Assembly: GCA_964435715.1 (NCBI GenBank)
Contig: CAYTAI010000001.1
Location: forward strand, 48,556 to 87,499
DNA length: 38,944 nt
Source of the DNA: an uncultured Verrucomicrobiota bacterium
Lineage (GTDB): Bacteria; Verrucomicrobiota; Verrucomicrobiia; JAWXBN01
Reading direction: 5' to 3'
The position numbers were made by a program, and so were the translations under genes. Every line of letters begins with the position of its first letter. Position 1 is the first letter of the stretch. This document shows, piece after piece, positions 34,207 through 38,944 of the stretch. The notes beneath the pieces are model-generated. The model did not search any database. It was not told the origin of the DNA and worked only from the letters and a program-made list of their open reading frames with translations.

Positions 34207-34297
34207 TTTTCTGCGCGTGAACCCGATGGAGGGTCGAGTTCCTACGAGACCATGGTTTATTCCGAGGTGGCGTCACAGGAGTTCCGCCCTCCAAAGG
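34207..34297. repeat. Self-complementary ~100-nt element, right copy (inverted; between the HD-domain gene and ndk)
   Basis: See 33313..33420. Confidence 0.8.
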
Positions 34298-34335
34298 ATG
34301 AAAGAGTTTATCGAGATTCTCCTTCATAAATAATA

Positions 34336-34755
34336 CTAGTAAGCAAAAATCTCACCGTCGCGGAAGAAACGTTTCAGCTCGACCCGGGCATTCTCAACGG
34401 AGTCGGAGGCGTGAACGATATTTTTCATGACATTGACACCGAAATCACCGCGGATGGTTCCCTTGTCGGCTTTGGTCGAGTCGGTGGGACCGACGAGGAC
34501 GCGGATTTTCTCCACAGCATTTTCCCCTTCGAGAGCGAGAGCGACCACGGGAAAAGAGCTCATGAAACCGACGATTTCGGGGAAGAAAGGTTTGGTGGCG
34601 AGATGTCCATAGTGTTCGGTCAGGATTTTGTCATCAAGCCGGATCATTTTGAGTCCGCGGACGGTGAAGCCGTTTGCCTCAAAACGTTTGATGACTTCGC
34701 CGATGAGCTTTTTTTCGACGCAATCGGGTTTCAGCAGAATAAGAGATTTTTCCAT
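34336..34755 (-). CDS. ndk: Nucleoside diphosphate kinase
   Basis: I chose the ATG at 34755 (MEKSLILLKPDCV...). Motifs GLKM, PFF, GPTD, TIRGDFG and NIVHASDS (active-site His). Confidence 0.92.
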   Translation of the reverse strand: MEKSLILLKPDCVEKKLIGEVIKRFEANGFTVRGLKMIRLDDKILTEHYGHLATKPFFPEIVGFMSSFPVVALALEGENAVEKIRVLVGPTDSTKADKGTIRGDFGVNVMKNIVHASDSVENARVELKRFFRDGEIFAY

Positions 34756-35116
34756 GCGGCAACCGTGTCGCTGAAATACGCCACGCGAAAATAAATAAGC
34801 AATCCGCAGAAAGGAGCAATGATTATTTTGACTGCAAAAGAGAGTTGTATTTTTGGTTCTCGGCATGATTGCTCGTGGCAAAAGTCCCTTTGCGGGCGGT
34901 TTTGACGCCCGGACATGATGATAATCAACTACAAGAAAAGAGTTTATATCAATCGACGGGATGGCTTTGGATCGGCAGGTGTGGGCAATTTGCGCGGGAC
35001 AATAGCTTTGCGGGGATGCTGTCACAGGATGTTTTCAGAGAGAATTTAAAAAAGGGTTTGACGCAAATTGCGGCACTCAATAGATTGCCCGCCTCACTGC
35101 TAAGAAATTTTGCAAC

Positions 35117-36124
35117 TTGATGAATGGGGCAGTGAATGGATTTATCACGGAATTGATTATGACTTTTTTAGCGGATCTGACACAACACGCACCGACGGTT
35201 TTCAAGCTTCAACAGTTTGGAGGCATCACGATTACCAATGCTATGGTCTATACATGGGTGATCGGGTTGGTCATTCTCCTGATTTTACGTTTGTCCACCC
35301 ACAAGATGCAAGAAATCCCAAGCGGTTTGCAAAACGGGGTCGAGGCGGTCATTGAAGGAATCCAGAATTTTTTAAACTCCATACTCGACCCGAAAGTGAC
35401 GAACTGGGCATTGCCCGTGCTGGCTTCTTTCTTCATTTTCATCTTCATTTCCAATATCATGGGTCTTTTCCCCGGTGTCGGCAGCATCGTGATTAAATCG
35501 CCGGATGCACATGCGGAGAATGCCGTCGAATATCATACCATTGAGGAGGAGTTTAGTGCCGGGCTGGTGGGGGAAGTGGAAAAAACGGAGAAAAAGGAAG
35601 CAACGTTTTTCAAGAGCTGGCCGCTGTATGTGTCCTCATACAATCAGGATTATGTCCCTCTTTTCCGTCCTCCGACAGCGGATGCGAATATGACAATCGC
35701 GATGGCTTTGGTTTTTTTCATCATGAATCTCTATTGGGCAATCAAATATAACGGATTTGTCGGCTTTTTGAACCATATGTTCGGTCCCAAAGGCGGGCTC
35801 AAAGGTGTGCTTTTGGTGGTGCTGGTGCCGATCTTTCTGGTGGTCGGGGTTATCGAGATGATTTCGATTGTGATTCGTCCGGTGGCATTGTCCATGCGTC
35901 TTTACGGGAATATTTACGGGGGAGAGAGCGTGATGACGATCATGCTGGGCATGTTGCCCTTTGGTCTGGCGGCGATTCCCTTTTATTTTCTGGAGTTTAT
36001 CGTTGCCACGGTGCAAGCCCTGGTCTTTACGATTTTGTGTGTGGCATTCACCGCGACATTGTGTTCGCACTCCGATGACCACGGTCATGAGGAAAAACAC
36101 GAGGGTGAATCCGGGACGCACTAG
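35117..36124 (+). CDS. atpB: F0F1 ATP synthase subunit a (with an enlarged hydrophilic loop)
   Basis: Possible starts are TTG 35117, ATG 35120 or ATG 35159. LFRPPTADANMTIAMAL, SMRLYGNIYGGE (essential Arg) and FVATVQALVFTIL. Confidence 0.88.
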   Translation: MMNGAVNGFITELIMTFLADLTQHAPTVFKLQQFGGITITNAMVYTWVIGLVILLILRLSTHKMQEIPSGLQNGVEAVIEGIQNFLNSILDPKVTNWALPVLASFFIFIFISNIMGLFPGVGSIVIKSPDAHAENAVEYHTIEEEFSAGLVGEVEKTEKKEATFFKSWPLYVSSYNQDYVPLFRPPTADANMTIAMALVFFIMNLYWAIKYNGFVGFLNHMFGPKGGLKGVLLVVLVPIFLVVGVIEMISIVIRPVALSMRLYGNIYGGESVMTIMLGMLPFGLAAIPFYFLEFIVATVQALVFTILCVAFTATLCSHSDDHGHEEKHEGESGTH

Positions 36125-36236
36125 GGAAAAAAGAATTTTGTCCTTTTGATGACCATGCCAACGCGTGTGGGTCGGGACGAAAAAAAACTGGAAGTAACAA
36201 AAAACGAAATCATTAAAAAAATAACAGGATAAGATT

Positions 36237-36467
36237 ATGATGAACATGTTTCTGGCAGAATCAGCAATCAGCGGTGGACAACTCGCAATCGGTTTGATCG
36301 CGGCAGCAGCGGCCATCGCCGTGGGAATGATCGGTTCCAAAGGCGTCGAAGCCATCGGGCGCAATCCCGGGGCATTCGGCAACGTATTGGTCTTTGGTCT
36401 TTTGGGCATGGCGTTCGCTGAAGGTTTGGCGATCTTGGCTTATTTCGTCGTGAATTTCGCCAAGTAA
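36237..36467 (+). CDS. atpE: F0F1 ATP synthase subunit c
   Basis: 76 aa helical hairpin. GIGRNPG-type loop (AIGRNPGA) and a carboxylate-bearing second helix (LLGMAFAEGLAILAYFV). Confidence 0.9.
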   Translation: MMNMFLAESAISGGQLAIGLIAAAAAIAVGMIGSKGVEAIGRNPGAFGNVLVFGLLGMAFAEGLAILAYFVVNFAK

Positions 36468-36527
36468 TTGATCCTTCACACAGTCAAAGAAGTCTTTTAT
36501 TTGCAATAACGGAAAGGACGGTCATTC

Positions 36528-37028
36528 ATGGAAGTATTAATGAACACACTCGGAATCAGCTGGGACAAGTTGATCGGACAGATCATCGGTTTCGGCATTG
36601 TCCTTTTCGTCTTGCAGAAATTCGGATTCAAACCCGTATTGGCGATGCTCGCCCAGCGTCGTGAAAAGATCGCGGAAGGAATCGCCAATGCGGACAAAAT
36701 GAAGATCGAGCTGGCTCACGCCCAGGCTAAAGCGCAGGAAATCATTGATCAGGCTGAAAAGCAGGCTCAAAAACATATCGAGGAAGCGCGCGAGGCGGCG
36801 ACCCGCATTTTGAATGAGCAGACACAGAAAGCCATCGCACAAGCGGAGGCGATCATCAAGCAGGCGCATGAAGCCACCGCGCTGGACCGCGACCGCATGC
36901 AAGCGGAACTGAAAAAGGAAATCGGGCGTTTGGTTGTTGAAACGACCGCCAAGGTGCTTTCCAAAACTCTGGATGATCACGACCGCAAACGTTTGAATGA
37001 AGAAACGGTCAAACATTTAATCGCATAA
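36528..37028 (+). CDS. atpF: F0F1 ATP synthase subunit b
   Basis: 166 aa. N-terminal TM helix (LIGQIIGFGIVLFVLQKFGF), then a long charged coiled-coil (AEKQAQKHIEEAREAA...). Operon position between c and delta. Confidence 0.85.
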   Translation: MEVLMNTLGISWDKLIGQIIGFGIVLFVLQKFGFKPVLAMLAQRREKIAEGIANADKMKIELAHAQAKAQEIIDQAEKQAQKHIEEAREAATRILNEQTQKAIAQAEAIIKQAHEATALDRDRMQAELKKEIGRLVVETTAKVLSKTLDDHDRKRLNEETVKHLIA

Positions 37029-37061
37029 ACCGTTTTTTTTTGATTTCAAGGATATTTCCCT

Positions 37062-37454
37062 ATGAAAAACACCCGCCAAGCACTCAAGGAAGCCAGGAAA
37101 TTCGTGCGCGCCTGCACGACCGGTGGAGCATTGGACGAGGTGCGGGCTCTGAATATCGTCAAAGCATTGATCGAAAAAAAACCGGCGGGTTACCGGCAGA
37201 TGGTTAATGCCTTTACCCGCCTTTTGCGTTTGGAAATACACAAGCGCAGTGTGCTGGTCGAGTCGGCGGGCGCCTTGGACGCCGCGACCACGGCTGCAAT
37301 CAAGTCGGCAGTGGAAAAAACCCACGGCCAAGGACTGTCTTTTGAATCCAGAGCACATCCGGCATTGCTTGCCGGTGTGAAAATCCGGGCGGGCAGCGAC
37401 ATCTATGATGGTTCGGTCGCCGGACGTTTGGAGCAACTTAAAGAAGCCTTTTAA
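37062..37454 (+). CDS. atpH: F0F1 ATP synthase subunit delta (short form)
   Basis: 130 aa. The C-terminus [26 protein letters not shown] matches the OSCP/delta signature. Operon position between b and alpha. Confidence 0.75.
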   Translation: MKNTRQALKEARKFVRACTTGGALDEVRALNIVKALIEKKPAGYRQMVNAFTRLLRLEIHKRSVLVESAGALDAATTAAIKSAVEKTHGQGLSFESRAHPALLAGVKIRAGSDIYDGSVAGRLEQLKEAF

Positions 37455-37483
37455 TCGCAAAATCAATCCCCGAGGAAAACAAG

Positions 37484-38944
37484 ATGAGCACCCTTTTACA
37501 GGATATCGAAACACAAATCGCCGGTTTAAAAACCGCTGTCACCCGCCAAAATGTCGGCACCGTCCGTGAGATCGGTGACGGCGTCGCCAAGATCGAGGGT
37601 CTGGGCGATTGTATGATGAATGAAATGGTGGAGTTCGAAGGCGGAACAATCGGTCTGGCACTCAACCTCGAAGACTCGCAGGTCGGTGCGGTGGTCATCG
37701 GTGAATACACGCACATTAAAGAAGGTTCCGAAGTCAAAACCACAGGCAAATTGCTCCAGGTGCCCGTCGGCAAAGGATTGCTCGGCCGCGTGGTGGATGC
37801 CCTTGGCCGTCCGATTGACGGAAAGGGACCGATTAAAAGTGATGTATCCTATCCGGTTGAAAAAATCGCTGCGGGGATCATCAAACGCAAAGGCGTCAAT
37901 CAACCGGTCCAAACCGGCATCATGGCTGTGGACGCGATGATCCCGATCGGCCGCGGACAACGTGAGCTCATCATCGGTGACCGTGCGACGGGCAAGACCA
38001 CTGTCGCAATCGACACGATCATTAATAATGCGAATATCAACCGCCAGAACAAGGATAATCCGAATTTCCGTCCCATCTACTCGATCTACGTCGCTGTTGG
38101 CCAGAAAAGCTCCAACATTGCCCGTGTCATCGGCATTTTGGAAGAAAAAGGTGCCCTGGAATATACCATCCTCGTGGTCGCCAGCGCGGCGGACTCGGCG
38201 ACAAACCAGTATCTCGCCCCGTTCTCCGGTTGTGCGTTGGGTGAATGGTTCATGGACAATGGCATGGATGCCTTGATTATTTTTGATGATTTGTCAAAGC
38301 ATGCCGCGGCTTACCGCCAGATTTCGCTTTTGCTGAAACGCCCTTCCGGTCGTGAAGCGTATCCCGGTGACGTTTTTTATCTGCACTCCCGGCTGCTCGA
38401 GCGTTCAGCCCGTTTGAATGAGAAAAACGGGAACGGTTCCCTGACAGCCCTGCCGATTATTGAAACTCAAGCCGGTGACGTGTCCGCTTACATTCCGACC
38501 AATGTCATTTCAATCACTGACGGTCAGATTTATCTCGAAACCGATCTTTTCTACCAGGGTGTCCGCCCGGCGATCAATGTGGGTCTGTCCGTCTCCCGTG
38601 TGGGTTCCGCCGCGCAGATTAAAGCGATCAAACAAGTTGCCGGAAAAATCAAAGGTGAGCTGGCGCAATTCCGTGAGCTCGCCGCATTTGCACAATTTGG
38701 CAGCGATCTGGACGCGGCGACCAAAGCGAAACTGGACCGCGGTTCGCGTATTGTCGAGCTTTTCAAGCAGAACCAATACAATCCTTTTCCTGTCGAGCTG
38801 CAGTCCGCTGTCCTGTGGACGATTCAAAACGGTCAAATGGATGATGTGGCTGTCGACAAAATCAAGGATTTCCAGACAAAACTCATTGATTTCCTGCAGA
38901 CACGCAAACCGGCGATTTTGGATGCGATCCGCAAAGAGCAAGCC
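37484..38944 (+). CDS. atpA: F0F1 ATP synthase subunit alpha (3' partial, runs off the window end; absent from the supplied ORF track)
   Basis: My own translation from the ATG at 37484 is open for 487 codons to the last base. Motifs [18 protein letters not shown] (Walker A), [32 protein letters not shown] and ITDGQIYLE. Confidence 0.93.
   Translation, partial: MSTLLQDIETQIAGLKTAVTRQNVGTVREIGDGVAKIEGLGDCMMNEMVEFEGGTIGLALNLEDSQVGAVVIGEYTHIKEGSEVKTTGKLLQVPVGKGLLGRVVDALGRPIDGKGPIKSDVSYPVEKIAAGIIKRKGVNQPVQTGIMAVDAMIPIGRGQRELIIGDRATGKTTVAIDTIINNANINRQNKDNPNFRPIYSIYVAVGQKSSNIARVIGILEEKGALEYTILVVASAADSATNQYLAPFSGCALGEWFMDNGMDALIIFDDLSKHAAAYRQISLLLKRPSGREAYPGDVFYLHSRLLERSARLNEKNGNGSLTALPIIETQAGDVSAYIPTNVISITDGQIYLETDLFYQGVRPAINVGLSVSRVGSAAQIKAIKQVAGKIKGELAQFRELAAFAQFGSDLDAATKAKLDRGSRIVELFKQNQYNPFPVELQSAVLWTIQNGQMDDVAVDKIKDFQTKLIDFLQTRKPAILDAIRKEQA

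Larger units (their letters stand above)
1759..37754. repeat. Dispersed iterated odd palindrome GCAAWTTGC (40 exact copies found by manual scan)
   Basis: GCAAATTGC on the + strand at 1759, 2592, 4695, 7658, 9188, 22662, 25714, 27983, 30968, 35063 and 37746. GCAATTTGC on the + strand at 1878, 2881, 4442, 5495, 6040, 8393, 11209, 11960, 12786, 16372, 19796, 19858, 20500, 20536, 20596, 20892, 21077, 22237, 24871, 27083, 29691, 30072, 32726, 32801, 32836, 33040, 33231, 33455 and 34985. Confidence 0.85.

Noticed and set aside
34225-34255. A tRNA-like T-arm (gggtcgagttcc) within the HD-flanking element, suggesting a tRNA or tmRNA fragment or an att site
   Set aside because: The flanking bases do not form a T-stem, and there is no acceptor or anticodon arm. 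I found no cloverleaf anywhere in the window.
34869-35120. An 83-aa ORF upstream of atpB as a possible atpI/atpZ
   Set aside because: It has no hydrophobic helices, it overlaps two copies of the iterated palindrome, and it lies in the ndk/atp divergent promoter region.
1-38944. CRISPR arrays, rRNA genes, and transposase or integrase genes
   Set aside because: I saw no regularly spaced direct repeats, no rRNA-like conserved stretches and no recombinase-like ORF on either strand. The repeats present are inverted or dispersed rather than arrayed.

Overview
This is a 38.9-kb chromosomal window of roughly mid-50s % GC (judged by eye). Gene content and protein style suggest a PVC-type bacterium, possibly Verrucomicrobiota, but that is inference only. 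I recognise about 40 protein genes, mostly housekeeping. They include a partial class III nucleotidyl cyclase and a hom-thrC-lysC cluster in which thrC is broken. There is a thioesterase/UDG/rluD block, a Ser/Thr kinase, and a unit of VOC, beta-CASP hydrolase, HTH regulator and NusG paralog. Further along are a MazEF-type toxin-antitoxin pair, a chromate transporter interrupted by an in-frame TGA, and a desaturase/PhyH/AraC group. Then come a photolyase, a membrane glycosyltransferase next to a transporter-thioesterase fusion, fcl, a pentameric ligand-gated channel homolog, a small catabolic-looking cluster, an NhaP-type antiporter, fdhD, an HD-domain gene and ndk. The window ends with the start of an F-type ATP synthase operon (atpB-E-F-H-A). 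atpA runs off the 3' end and is missing from the supplied ORF track. I saw no rRNA, tRNA or CRISPR array. The most striking signals are at the nucleotide level. (1) A 9-nt odd palindrome, GCAAWTTGC, occurs about 40 times where about 0.3 copies are expected. It sits in all three reading frames and in intergenic DNA, and its centre base is biased relative to the sense strand. (2) Two AT-rich insertions are bracketed by members of one repeat family. One carries the TA pair between about 240-bp inverted repeats that have a 105-bp perfect core. (3) A roughly 100-nt self-complementary element is present as an inverted pair around the HD-domain gene. All counts and coordinates come from manual reading and should be re-verified computationally.
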